The translations under genes and the position numbers were made by a program. Under the pieces are notes generated by a model, which was not told the DNA's origin, did no database searches, and was given only the letters and a program-made list of their open reading frames with translations. Shown here in pieces: positions 1 through 11,724 of a DNA stretch of 49,373 nucleotides. Position 1 is the stretch's first letter; each line of letters begins with the position of its first letter. The stretch is from Vezdaea acicularis. Its lineage: Eukaryota. The stretch is taken from contig JAPEUI010000118.1 of the NCBI GenBank assembly GCA_026025075.1, forward strand, positions 1 to 49,373, in the 5' to 3' direction.

Positions 1-126
1 ACCCTAACCCTAACCCTAACCCTAACCCTAACCCTAACCCTAACCCTAACCCTAACCCTAACCCTAACCCTAACCCTAACCCTAACCCTAACCCTAACCC
101 TAACCCTAACCCTAACCCTAACCCTA
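1..126. repeat. Telomeric repeat array (CCCTAA/TTAGGG)n, 21 units; left chromosome end
   Basis: Perfect ACCCTA tandem from base 1 to 126 with the C-rich strand at the 5' end, as expected for a left telomere. Confidence 0.98.
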
Positions 127-610
127 CAGATGCTTGGGCTCCTGGAGGCGACTCTGCTTAGAGCTATCAAGATTTATGTTGTGCTTTTGACATAGAAAAT
201 CTTTAACAGTAACCTTGAGTCTCAAATACAATATCCCGTGATCTATTATTGGATTGTCGCGGGTGGGATAAAGGGAAATGGGTTTACTCAACCAAGCGAC
301 ACAATTTCGTCTGGATTTTCTAGCCTGGCACCAAAATGGTTAGCGTAAACCCCCTATTGTCACTTTTCATTCGTACACGTACGCTGTCAATTCCACACTC
401 TATGTACGTTCACGCTTTAATTTACGCTTGCCTGTCCCCTGTACACACATCGGGTGTGTTGGTGAGACTAAGATTGGTATAACTATAACGACGCGTCCTA
501 TCTCGAAGAATGCGGCTCTACGGCTTGTAAGTGCACTAAACAGACACACTCCAGCGACGCCTACGAATTCGACTTAGACTGACTCATAACCACATGGCAG
601 ATTTTAATAT

Positions 611-2533
611 TCATATTATGTCCCCAACCCATCCTAAATTATCACGATCCTCGTCTAATATCCTTGCAAACTCCATCAGCAATCGCATGACATATATCTG
701 CATGTCTTCCTTCCGCAAGACTTTGTTTGCCCATTCCTGCCCGGCGGTTGCGATTTTCTCTGCTTCGACATCATGCCCGTAAACTGGATCTTCAGTCTCG
801 AGGTCGTAGCCATGGAAGTATTCCATGATGCCATAAAAATCTAAAAATCGATTATCCATAGGAACGAAATGCTTCCACGCAATCAACCGCGAATCATGCC
901 ATTCGCGGAATATCGTAGCCTTAATTGGAAGGGAAGTGGACCTTAGAAAGGCCCAGTATCTTCCACTGAAACTGTTTCCGTCAATATCGGGTAGATATTT
1001 TCGTTCAAATTGTTCTCCCATTTTGACGCCTTTCGTGACGGCAAAGTACTCATTTGTATACCGGCATCCTTTATCTGCTGGGTTTTCGTTTGCTGGGAAG
1101 CAATCGAGGCTCACCAAGCCTACATCTGTAAAACTCTCAAGCCATTCACCCAAGCGTTTGTTGCGAGAAGCCCTAAGTTCATATATAGGTGGTGGTGGAT
1201 TGAAATTCATTGGCAGTACCCTCCAGTCTTCTGCCATATTCACCTGTGTTCCGTTGGTCATAGAGACGAAGCGATGCCTCTGGAAACCCTTCCAGTTGGT
1301 GGGTGTGTTCCTACCGCCCGTACCAGCGCCTCTCCAGATCACAGAATTGGCTTTCTCAGCCCATGGATTACCATGATATTGTCCACCAGAGTAAAGCTCG
1401 TCGTCCGACCAGTACATGGCTGGTGGAAGAAGTATCTCGTTATTGGTTGAAAGCTTCGAGCCACCAAATAAAGGAATCAGTTCGTGCGATATCTTGACAC
1501 TTTGGGCTTCAATGAAAGCACCGTGGAGTGTTTGGAGGTCTGGTTGATGGCAGATATCAGACGATAAAGTAAAGTTCTTCACATAGCCATCTAAAAGATG
1601 GGGCTCAGCGTAGCGTGTAGACAGAGTTGGTCGATGGGACCAGTCGTCAACGACTACTGCTTTCCGAGCAAGACTCCCGGGATGGCATCCCACGCGAGCC
1701 CTTTCGAAGAAAGGTGGATTGTAACCCCCTTCCCATTCAATGGTATCGCTACCAGTCTCTTTGTCAATGTCTTGCAGACCTCGATAAGTCTCTTTCATCT
1801 TGGATGCAGGAGGCAACCTCCTAGATGCATGTTCCTTTTCGATCAACTCGTTTATGATTTCCCACGGCACCGTTAATCGCGGCTCATCCATAGTATTGAC
1901 GGGAATGTCCATGTCCGGAAGATGTGGTGCGATGGATTGTATCATATCCAACCATATATCTGTCCATACCGCGTGATGACTCGACGTGGCATTTCGCTCG
2001 CGCACCTTGATAGTCTTTTCGAAAAACTTGGCTTGGTGCTTGAGGTGGTGCGGGTCAAGACCCCAAAAGGGAGAAAGATCGTGATATATCTGATCGAAGA
2101 AGTCTTCAATTATTATTGCCTCCCGTTCCTGGGCGAAATCAAACCACGCTTGAAAGCCAGGCGGTGGATGGCGTCCTCTCCTCTTACGATATTCGACTGC
2201 CGCCGCGCGAACATCACGTGTCTGTTTCTTCAAAAGATCATCAACCTCCCTCTCTGCCTCCTGGATTAAACTCTCTATTGGATGAGCTGCTTTGCTTGTA
2301 CCTGTTGTAGGTACATGGAGACCGTCGACAAGCGCAGAACTCGGAATCGACTCTTGTGCTGGAGCGGGTGGTACATTCCCCAGCGCCGATGTGGGGACAT
2401 ATGACCCCGGTAAGAATGAGGCAACCTTCACCCACCAAGCTACAGATGTCAAGATGATGAGGACTGTAATGACACGAACAGTTGTAGTTGTATTCCTAGG
2501 GGATACGAGGAGGCTCTTCCATATTGTTGACAT
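611..2533 (-). CDS. Glycosyltransferase family 90 (CAP10-like, putative beta-1,2-xylosyltransferase), intronless type II membrane protein
   Basis: Motifs HPIESLI, YRKRRGRHPPPGFQAWF, VNTMDEPR, WRGAGTGG, PDIDGNSFSGR, KATIFREWHDSRL and EDMQIYVMRLLMEFAR. N-terminal TM segment. First ATG (MSTIW) at 2533; the ORF-track start is a TTG. Confidence 0.9.
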   Translation of the reverse strand: MSTIWKSLLVSPRNTTTTVRVITVLIILTSVAWWVKVASFLPGSYVPTSALGNVPPAPAQESIPSSALVDGLHVPTTGTSKAAHPIESLIQEAEREVDDLLKKQTRDVRAAAVEYRKRRGRHPPPGFQAWFDFAQEREAIIIEDFFDQIYHDLSPFWGLDPHHLKHQAKFFEKTIKVRERNATSSHHAVWTDIWLDMIQSIAPHLPDMDIPVNTMDEPRLTVPWEIINELIEKEHASRRLPPASKMKETYRGLQDIDKETGSDTIEWEGGYNPPFFERARVGCHPGSLARKAVVVDDWSHRPTLSTRYAEPHLLDGYVKNFTLSSDICHQPDLQTLHGAFIEAQSVKISHELIPLFGGSKLSTNNEILLPPAMYWSDDELYSGGQYHGNPWAEKANSVIWRGAGTGGRNTPTNWKGFQRHRFVSMTNGTQVNMAEDWRVLPMNFNPPPPIYELRASRNKRLGEWLESFTDVGLVSLDCFPANENPADKGCRYTNEYFAVTKGVKMGEQFERKYLPDIDGNSFSGRYWAFLRSTSLPIKATIFREWHDSRLIAWKHFVPMDNRFLDFYGIMEYFHGYDLETEDPVYGHDVEAEKIATAGQEWANKVLRKEDMQIYVMRLLMEFARILDEDRDNLGWVGDII

Positions 2534-3028
2534 TGCGCTATCTGCAAAGCAGGATATCCGGATGTTCAAGCTACCTGACGGCCGTCCGTCTTCATTCAGG
2601 TGACTTGGCTGACCAGCGCTTTTGCGCCTTGGATGCCATGCTACTTCGGAGTAATTGCAATAAATGCTGCATGGGATTCGAAGGGGAACTGTTCAATGTG
2701 CCATTTCCAACCGCCCAAGTCAGGGATAGCGAGACCATCGCTTGCGAAATATTTAGATGTCGTTAGCTCGCTTTTAGCTCCCAAGCGCGATGATTGGTGC
2801 ATGAACTGATGGAAATTCTATTAGGGTGATTCCAAATCCAGGTGAGGCTCAAATGTGCTCATGGTTAGCATAGATATTACTTGACATCTGACTAAATATA
2901 GTCGCATGTTCTCTCGACCTTTGAACCGGGCTTAGGCAAGAATTGATATTGACGTTTTATCGGAGCCGATCTCCCAACTCGTCGTACACATAGCTCCATG
3001 ACCACCCCGGAAGTCATCAAAAATCTTC

Positions 3029-5237
3029 ATGATCAGACAGTGCATGTCTTTACGACACCCTGTGTATAAAGAAATTCCCCGCTCTCGCATATTCGGCCTG
3101 TTTGTCTCCAGGGCCTTAGGGCGCGTCGATGAACTCGCCGCAGGCCCACATGGGCTTCAGATTCAGAGAGCATCAAGCGTAGTTGCGAGTCAACAAAACG
3201 TGGGATTGTTGCCCCTACTAGAAAGAGCTAATGCTCGTGCTGCGCATACATGGCCCCATAAATATCTAGGTTCTCATAGATTACTATCAACACATCGGAG
3301 GTCTGACCGTTCAAATGATAATTGGGAATTGACTGTGGGCATCGAGGTCCACGCTCAACTAAATACAGACCTCAAGTTATTCTCTAGTACGTACATTATA
3401 ACTCATCATACATCTCTGTCATTTGAATGCTCTAAGATCTCACTACAGGTGCAACTACCGCCTTCGTTGGCCAACCTAACGAGCATGTGTCGGTGTTTGA
3501 TGCGGCCATTCCCGGATCACAACCTGTGAGAGCACACCCTTGAATCCGCCTTGTGTGCCCATGTAGACTTTCTAAATGGTCAATATAGGTATTTCAGCAG
3601 GCCACATTAATCCCAGCGCTGCGTGCAGCTCTTGCTTTGAATTGCGAAATTGCGAGGGAAAGCCGCTTTGATCGGAAACACTACTTCTATCAAGATCAAC
3701 CTGCAGGTTACCAAATCACTCAATACTACAGTGCGATAATCATATCTTGAACTCATCCAAGCTTCTGACCCATCGATTCATAGAACCTTTCGCGCGAGGA
3801 GGCTTTCTTACACTTACCCGCGATGATGGGATAGACCCTAGTGATGGTGACGAAGTCACTGTAGGCATAAAGCAAGTTCAGTTAGAGCAAGATACGGCAA
3901 AAACAACCCAGGAAGGTTCTTCTACATATCTTTTGGATTTCAATCGAGTATCCCATCCGTTGATCGAGATTATAAGCCTCCCAGATATCCATCATCCAGC
4001 TACTGCTGCTGCTTTCGTTAGAAAGATTCAGTCCACTCTTTCCTCCATGAACGCTGCAATCATCGGAATGGAGTTCGGAGGTCTTCGAGCAGACGTAAAT
4101 GTATCTATAAGGCGTAAAGCTTCCCATGACGCCTTTCGATCAGACCTGCCAGAAACAGGTCGCGTCGGCCTAGGCCAAAGAACGGAGATAAAGAATTTAA
4201 GCAGTTTCAAGGCTATCGAAGATGCTATACGAGCCGAGCGAAATCGTCAGATAGACATAATCGAAGCAGGAGGTGTAATCAAGGGTGAGACTAGAGGTTG
4301 GACTTTAGGCAGTACCGAAACAGAGCGACTACGAGGCAAGGAAGGAGAGGTGGACTATCGCTACATGCCCGACCCTGACTTGCCGCCGTTAAGGATCTGT
4401 GAAGTAATAACTTTCGTATCACCACATTCTTTTGCTCATTTGATAACACGTCGTACAGTCTTTAATAACTGGCCTAAAATCTAATATGCCTACTTCAGTC
4501 GAGAATATTGTGGCTGCGCTTACAACCAGTAAACAATATGGGCTGAGCAAGAGAGACGCAAAGACGCTAGCAGCATCTGAGAACGCCGCAAGATTGAACT
4601 ACTACGTTCAGGTTGTCAATGAACTCACGGAACTGGCTGTGGAGGCTGGACATACAAAACCAATTGATCCCTATTTCGGAAGCGGTAGAATCGTAGGCAA
4701 CTGGTATACTACCCTCAGAGAACTAGGCGTTTCTTTCAACCGAAAGACTAACTTCTAATAGGGTTATACATGAACTCGGGGGCCTCATGAACAACTCAAA
4801 TTTGCATTGGGACCCGGAGATGAGTGTACCTTCCTCGGCGATGGCTGAGCTTATCAACCTCGTCCTTGGAAAAGATATTACAGGTACGCATCCCAAGGAC
4901 CATTGCTAATTGTATATGCTAACTTCAGTCCTACCATATAGGTCAGACGGCAAAAAAACTTCTTACCATAATCTTCTGTGGGGACCGTCGTGCACCTAAG
5001 AAAATCGTGGAAGATGAAAATCTTTGGTTTCATCCACTATCTGAAGAAGATTACAAAAACCTAGCGAAGACTGTCATTAGGAACAACCAGGGAATAGTTA
5101 AGGCGATTCTGCGGAAGGGCGAGACGGGAAGGGTTAAATTTCTCGTTGGGCAAGTAATGCACTTCGGTGAGAAGGGAAGAGTGGAAGCGCCAAAGGCTGA
5201 GGCTGCGATTCGTCAGATGATCAACGCGCTTCTTTAG
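3029..5237 (+). CDS. PET112: Mitochondrial glutamyl-tRNA(Gln) amidotransferase subunit B (GatB), about 7 exons
   Basis: Motifs [81 protein letters not shown] and FLVGQVM. GT-AG introns restore the frame. Confidence 0.95.
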
Positions 5238-5732
5238 TCCTCTGAAGTCATACTCTGAACATCGAAGGGGCAAATCTCCGTATAGCATGCACAATGTGAT
5301 CCACATGCGACTGATGCCGAACGCAACGTACCATCCCAGTAATCGATAGTGATTGAGCATTTGTTCCTAGCTTCTCTTAGGCCTGCGCTTAGCGGTCAAT
5401 TTGATCATGGGTCTGCGTTTGAGGATCATCGTTTGTCCCTAAGCGCAGGAACAGGCGAAAAGTGGTGTAAAAGCGGGGCCCACATGTGCGATTTAACACA
5501 AGGAGCAACTTAGCTAATAATATGGCATCATTCTCTCTCCGGTCCTGCGTAGGGCCTTGCAAATATTTCACATATTTGATTCATTATATCCCAGGCCCAA
5601 ATACACCGGCGCTATCCAAGTTTGTATTGAGGAAGCTGCCTTGACCCTTTCTTGCATCACCCTACATGAGCAATTGTGGTGAGAATATATCCAGCTTTCT
5701 AGTACATCTCGAAGACCTCTTACCTTTGCAAG

Positions 5733-6806
5733 ATGACGTCCCCTCCTACAATTGAGCCGAAGTTCCTGCCTAACGGTAAAGATCTCGGCATTGTGGCTGT
5801 TGGCTTCTCCGGCGGGCAGGTAAGTCTCTAAACATGGGTTGAACAGATTCGATCCTTACATGAGACAGGGAAAACCTGGTGTCGACACAGGCCCTACGGC
5901 TTTGATCGCGGCGGGCCTTCTGACTCAGCTGGAAGAAGATTTAGGCTACAAATTACATTATGACAGTACGGTACACACGTACTCTTCTGTCATGCCAGCA
6001 TCAGACTCAGAGCATAGGGGCATGAAAAACCCTAGAACGGTCAGTGCCGTTACAGAGAAGCTAAGCCAACAGGTTTATGAGCATGCATCACAAGGGAGAT
6101 GTGTCTTAACACTTGGCGGGGATCATTCGATTGCTATTGGCACCATTGCAGGCACGGCAAAGGCCGTCCGCGAGCGACTCGGACGAGAAATGGCTGTTAT
6201 ATGGGTTGACGCTCACGCTGACCTGAACACTCCTGAATCTTCCAGTAGTGGTAACATACACGGAATGCCAGTGGCGTTTCTGACAGGCCTTGCAAAGGAG
6301 GAAAACCCCGAAATGTTTGGGTGGCTTAAGGCAGAAAATCTCATCAGCCTCAAGAAGCTCGTATACATTGGCCTAAGGGACGTGGATAAAGCAGAAAAGA
6401 AGTTTTTGCGAGAGCACTCTATCAAGGCATTCACAATGCATGATATCGATAGGTAAGTTTCTCGGCCTCCCCAATGTTGCAATATTCATTCATGGTGGAT
6501 AGACATGGGATTGGACGGGTCATGGATATGGCGCTCGGCCATATCGGAAACGACACACCCATACACCTTTCGTTCGATGTTGACGCCCTAGATCCACAAT
6601 GGGCTCCAAGTACAGGTACACCGGTCCGCGGCGGTCTCACTCTTCGTGAGGGAGACTTCATCGCCGAATGCGTCCACGAAACCGGTAGCCTAGTAGCCAT
6701 GGACTTAGTCGAAGTGAATCCGAACCTTGAAAGCACAGGAGCTCCAGAGACAATACGCGCCGGTTGCTCGCTGGCACGTTGTGCTTTGGGAGAAAGTCTA
6801 CTCTAG
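5733..6806 (+). CDS. CAR1: Arginase, 3 exons
   Basis: ATG at 5733 (MTSPPTIEPKF...VGFSGGQ). Metal-binding motifs GGDHS, DAHADLN, SGNIHGMP, SFDVDALDP and EVNP. Introns start GTAAGT at 5820 and about 6453. Confidence 0.96.
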
Positions 6807-7077
6807 TTAATTGTGACTATTGGTAGAGTTTGCATAGCATCCTGCTAAGAAGGACAATTAAACAGCAAACGTTAGTATCTTAGTATACGAGATTTCCAGA
6901 TTGTTTCATTCACTCGAGACTGGTTGTACCCATATTTTGCCCGTAGTGTTCGCTCTCTCAATATAATCAGCACCACAATAGAATACTCTCGACCAACAGA
7001 TCCGTTACAAGGTTCAAGCTTTGAGTTCTAAACGTTCAATTTTCAAAGGAGTGCAGTGCAAAGAATTCTGCATAGTC

Positions 7078-7783
7078 ATGAAAGCGATCAAAACATTCTA
7101 TTTGTTCTACTTGATGCTTCTTCTACGCCCAGTAGTAGAAGCACTGCAAATACCATCAGGGATTCTAGGCAATTTCAACTCCAGCTTAATGGGTAATCTC
7201 CTCGTCTCTTTCGGCGATCAGCATGCATACGGAGATGGTTTTCTCATACATCCTGGCCTACCTATAACCCTCAGCAATGAATCTTCTATTACCTTGAGTC
7301 GTAAGCTAAGGCTTCTAATGTCTGGTAGTCGCAGTTTGGACTAACAAGTTGAAAAAAGCCACAATTAATAAGCCAAGCATTGGCTGCACCGAAGCGCTGG
7401 ATGGCCTTTTCATGGTCTTCATGGTGGATCCGGCATCTCATGTCAGTGGGCAAACGTACGAGGTTGTGTATTGGTGGCAGGTGGGCCTCAAATCACGACC
7501 AGATGACAGAGTTGCCGGTTTCATACCATTAACATCTATGTATGTCCCAGCTTATCTCGATTGGGTTTCACCAGCCTTGCCCCTCCGCAAGCTAGAGAAT
7601 CCGCCAGTGTCCCACAACTTCTTGTTCCTACTCTACCACCAACCCAACTCTTTCATGATACCTAAAAAATTTAAGCGCTTTTTCGGTGGCATAAGAGTAG
7701 GGTTTGACGTTGCAGCACTTAGCAACGAAGCCGGCTTGGGTTCGCCAATAGCTGCAAACTATTTCACAGCACGAAGGCCCTGA
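7078..7783 (+). CDS. Putative secreted phosphatidylethanolamine-binding protein (PEBP/RKIP family), divergent; one intron not precisely resolved (about 7256-7334)
   Basis: Hydrophobic signal-like N-terminus (MKAIKTFYLFYLMLLL). Second exon has MVFMVDP, HNFLFLLYHQP, RVGFDV and GLGSPIAANYF, typical of fungal PEBPs. Confidence 0.7.
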
Positions 7784-8312
7784 TTAGGGAGAAAGAATTA
7801 GAAATTCACGTCGATCACAATACAATAAGCGTGTCATCGGTGCCGTGCGTATGATAGCTTGCCTTGTGTAGCAACGGTTTGAATATACTTTGCGACAAGA
7901 ATGAATCCGGAAAAAGGGCACTATATGGTTACAGCTTTGAGATGGGTCCTTCATCCAATCGTCACATCATTGGAAAGGGGATAATCAGTATTGATGACTC
8001 ATTTCAGCAGAACCAACAGGACCCAACTAGTTCATGAAAGTAATGGCCCCCCACCAACTCATTCGAAAAGGAATAATTATACATAACCATTACGCGTGAT
8101 AGCTCTGAGCCTACTAATAAGCTTTCCAAAAGGATTTTGAATAGGAAAGTTGTAGATGTAATGTACTACATCGCCCTCGTCAAATGGGTTTCTCAGCAGT
8201 GACTATCCCGTCTTGTACAATACTCTACAATTGCTCAGTTGAATGACTGCCTCCTAACGCCATGCTCGTGACGAACACCTTGCTCCAAGATATGTCCAGA
8301 TACTCTTGCGCA

Positions 8313-10542
8313 TTATCGTACAATACATGCTATGGTAGCCATGACTCCAAGATACCTAGATACTGTTAGCTTTAAACAAAAGTAGATCAAATGGGGCATA
8401 CAATCCTACGCCACAACCAAGATAACGAAGCCCAAGAAGTTCAATTGCCTGCGAAGGACCCAAATACGCTGTCGAGCTTGCACCAACTATGATGACCACG
8501 AAAAGACGACCGAAGAATCCAGGAATCACACCGAACGCAAGTATTGGTACTAAAACGGCTATTGAGGCAATGATCATACATAACGAAAGAAGATCCAGCC
8601 CTTGCGAGGAAATTTGAGACTGCTGAGAATGTCGAAGTTTCGCTATCGTCCTCTCTGGGGATGCGTTATAGGAGCTTGAGAAAGACATCAAGTCTTTCCT
8701 GTGGTCAAGGAAGGCCATTTCCGGTTCAGCTATTGGCGAAATATTCATCATCCAATCTCGATACGCTTGAATGTTTTCCTCATCCGCAGGATTCATAGAC
8801 CTCATAAGCTTACTGTAGGAAATGAGAGCTTGATCTATCAAGTATCTTAGTATTCTCATTCTCTGTCAGGATGACTCGACAAAACCCACTGTATTGCCCA
8901 ATTTTCATATATATGCGTCCGAGCACATCGAATTTTGTCGCTGAACGACGAGATTCAGGTTTCAACCCCCCATTCTCACAACAAACAGCGCGAGCAGCTG
9001 CCTCAGCTTCGTCTACTAGTTTGAGTTCATCTTCTAGCTCGGCAATCTCATCCTGTAAATGTAAGAACAGTCTTTGGTTAAGGTACTCAAATCGCCGATA
9101 AACTGGCTCAAAAGGAGGTCCAGTCGCAGGATCTGAAGCGTGGAAAGAGGTGATATTGGAGGCAATGAGGTCGTATCCTGATAGGGCGGATATTTTTATG
9201 CCCCCTTTAGACATGTCTTTGTTTCCTGGCGTAGAGAATGCACTTTCCGAATACCAAGCGTGGGCAGCTTTTAATGAGTCTTCCTCAGTCATATGCATAG
9301 GAGCGGAACTTGATAATTTGGCTTTATTATTAGTCGCATCCCCGGCATTAGATGAGGAACTCCTCGACGGTGTAGCACAACGCGAGTTCGGATGATGCCG
9401 GGAGGCAGACCTTTGGGAAATAGAACGGAGTAGTGGCTCGAAAGCTACTCTAGCATTCGACTTCTTGGGTGAAGACTCGGATGAGCTCAAGCCGTCATGG
9501 CTTTCGGACTCATTACCCTTAAGTGATATCCCTGAATCAGAGGTAAAGCTACTTCCACTTGACATGGCTGACGGGCTCTGTTCGTAAGTACAATTTAGTC
9601 CATCCGAAGTAACCTCGTGATCTTTCGTAGTATCTGGTACCACGGCAGTGCGACGTTTTGCTTGACGTCGGAGCACATCTTGCTGTGGCCAAAAGCGTGG
9701 GCTGATGCTCGACGAAGGAGAGTCGGACTTTTCCATGAATGAAAAGACATCAGGTTTTTCAGCCCCAGGAGGATCTACCAAGGTTTTAAGGTGAGATGCT
9801 CTCGTGTCAATCGGCAAGACTTGTTTTCGCGCTTCCCGTTCTCGACGTGCATACGACGCTTGAGTAATGGTGGACCCGCTCCCATTCGAACCAGCTGACG
9901 TGGTGGTCGCACCGGAAGCATTTGTAGCCATTGACACTATCGAAGGCGTCCCACTACCAGAGCGAGGTCTACTATCCTGAGGTTTTGTGGCTATGGTAGC
10001 CTTTGAGCTATCACCATCCAGTTCATCCCCCTTCGGACCAATTACTGTGGCTCTGTTCGACGTTCCAAACTCTGTCGACCTTTTCACGGACAAAAGGGGT
10101 CCTTCGAGGTTGGCTAAGATCCCAGACAGCTCCGGAGACAACAAATTGCGATTGTTGCTGGATTTCGGGGCTTGTTCCGAAGCTTTTTTGCTTCCTGCAA
10201 CTACCTCGTCTTTCTTCTCCCTCTGCACTCTTTTACGTCTCTCTTTCTCCGCAGATGAAGGAGAAGAGGAGTTGGATCCGCTAGAAGTCCTATGCTTCCG
10301 CCTTGGGGTCTTCTTTAGGGATAGAGTGGATGAAGAGGCTAAGCCTTCCCGGCTTGATCTCCGTTTTTGGGTATCATCGTCTGACTCTACCATAGATTCC
10401 ACAGTTGGCGGTACATAATGTGATTTGGGAGGCGCGGTTCGTTCGACCTAGGAAATCTCCAGGTCAGCAATGGTATAATAGCGAAGTATTCGATGCAATG
10501 GTTGCTGCATGTGAAACGTGCCACTTTACGTCTACTTACCAT
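8313..10542 (-). CDS. Fungal protein with long Ser-rich disordered N-terminus and C-terminal DUF6594-like membrane domain, 4 exons
   Basis: ATG|GTAAGT at 10542-10534 splices in frame to the 530-aa ORF. Motifs GYDLIA, YRRFEYLNQRLFLHLQDEIAELE and PIAEPEMAFLD, then three hydrophobic helices. Confidence 0.75.
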
Positions 10543-11724
10543 GATACAGACCGAGGGCAGACGAATGAGCTAAGACGATGTGTCTGCCTTATACAGATTG
10601 AACTCAAATAGTCTTGTAGAGCATCGATTGATGATAACTACAAGTCATTAGTGATAGATAGACAGTTATAAGAGCGCATCCATGGAGAAGCCTCGTTTCA
10701 AGAAGTCGGCCCCACGGGCGCGGGGCCTATAAGGATTCCATCCCCTCGCGCTCTCGAACTATCAAGAGCGGGCGTAGGGTTAGGCGATGAAGCAAGGTGG
10801 GATGCGGCGAGCGCATGTGGGACGATGGCGTGGCGGTCTCACACTGGTTTCCTGCAGGATCCAAGTTTGTCCGCCGTTCCGAGCAAATTAGCTCGAGCAC
10901 CGGGTTCACAAATTGATCAAGGAAAAGGAAATATAGGCGTGATATCTTGAAATACCAAGGCCTATCCGTGATCTTGGAACTTAGATCTCCAGATTCGAAC
11001 AGCGCAAATGTCTGTTCAGGTAGGTAGATGCATCGATGAGCAGATCGATGATGCTCATGCTGAGAATGTTTGCAAGCAGAGACATTGATAGCAACGTCAG
11101 CTCCGAAACACCCCAAGGAATGATTCCCTTCAGCATCAGGATTGTAAGCATTCGTCAGAGTGTGACTCCACAGTCACGATGCGATACGTGCTTTCTTGGT
11201 GGCCAAGCAACAGAAGCGACAGGCTCGTTGGAGAGGTCAGTGCACATTATGAGCGAAAAAGCCCAAATACTGCTATATTGTACGAAGAGCCGGATGAGGC
11301 GACAAATAAAAAGCAGCGATAAGAGCCGATTGCCGTCATATATCACTGTTAAAAGAAATGAAAAGTAATAACTCAATAATACAGGATTCTCACAAGGGAT
11401 GTACAACAGGTCAGTCGCAAAGAGTAGATGGGCTCGGAAGTCTCTTAGTTCATTTTTTAGAAAATTATGGTTAATCTTCTCTAAGTAACTTATTCTCTTG
11501 GAGAAGAAGTGTGACTCGAGTTGCCGCAGCCGCTCGCAAACTTTCGAGCCCCGCGTCAGATGATATCAAATTCGGCTTTCCATGACGAACTGCACGAGAA
11601 GAAAGCACCACAATTCCACCCATCTTCGACATGGACTTTACACACTTAAGACCACCCCTAATATAAACCCCGCTAATTTTTTCTCTTACACAAATTTCTC
11701 TTGAAAGCTCTTCATAAGCTGTCA

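Noticed and set aside
126..161. Short frame TDAWAPGGDSA-stop at the telomere junction as the tail of a truncated gene
   Set aside because: Eleven codons cannot be told apart from chance without a homology search.
936..2766. Antisense and alternative-frame ORFs over the GT90 gene, and similar shadows over other genes
   Set aside because: Shadow ORFs of real coding sequence with no independent coding signal.
10775..10784. CCUAACCCUA (minus strand) as a telomerase RNA template
   Set aside because: Only about 230 nt separate it from the downstream ATG on the same strand, too little for a filamentous-fungal telomerase RNA. No pseudoknot or CR4/5 element was recognised.
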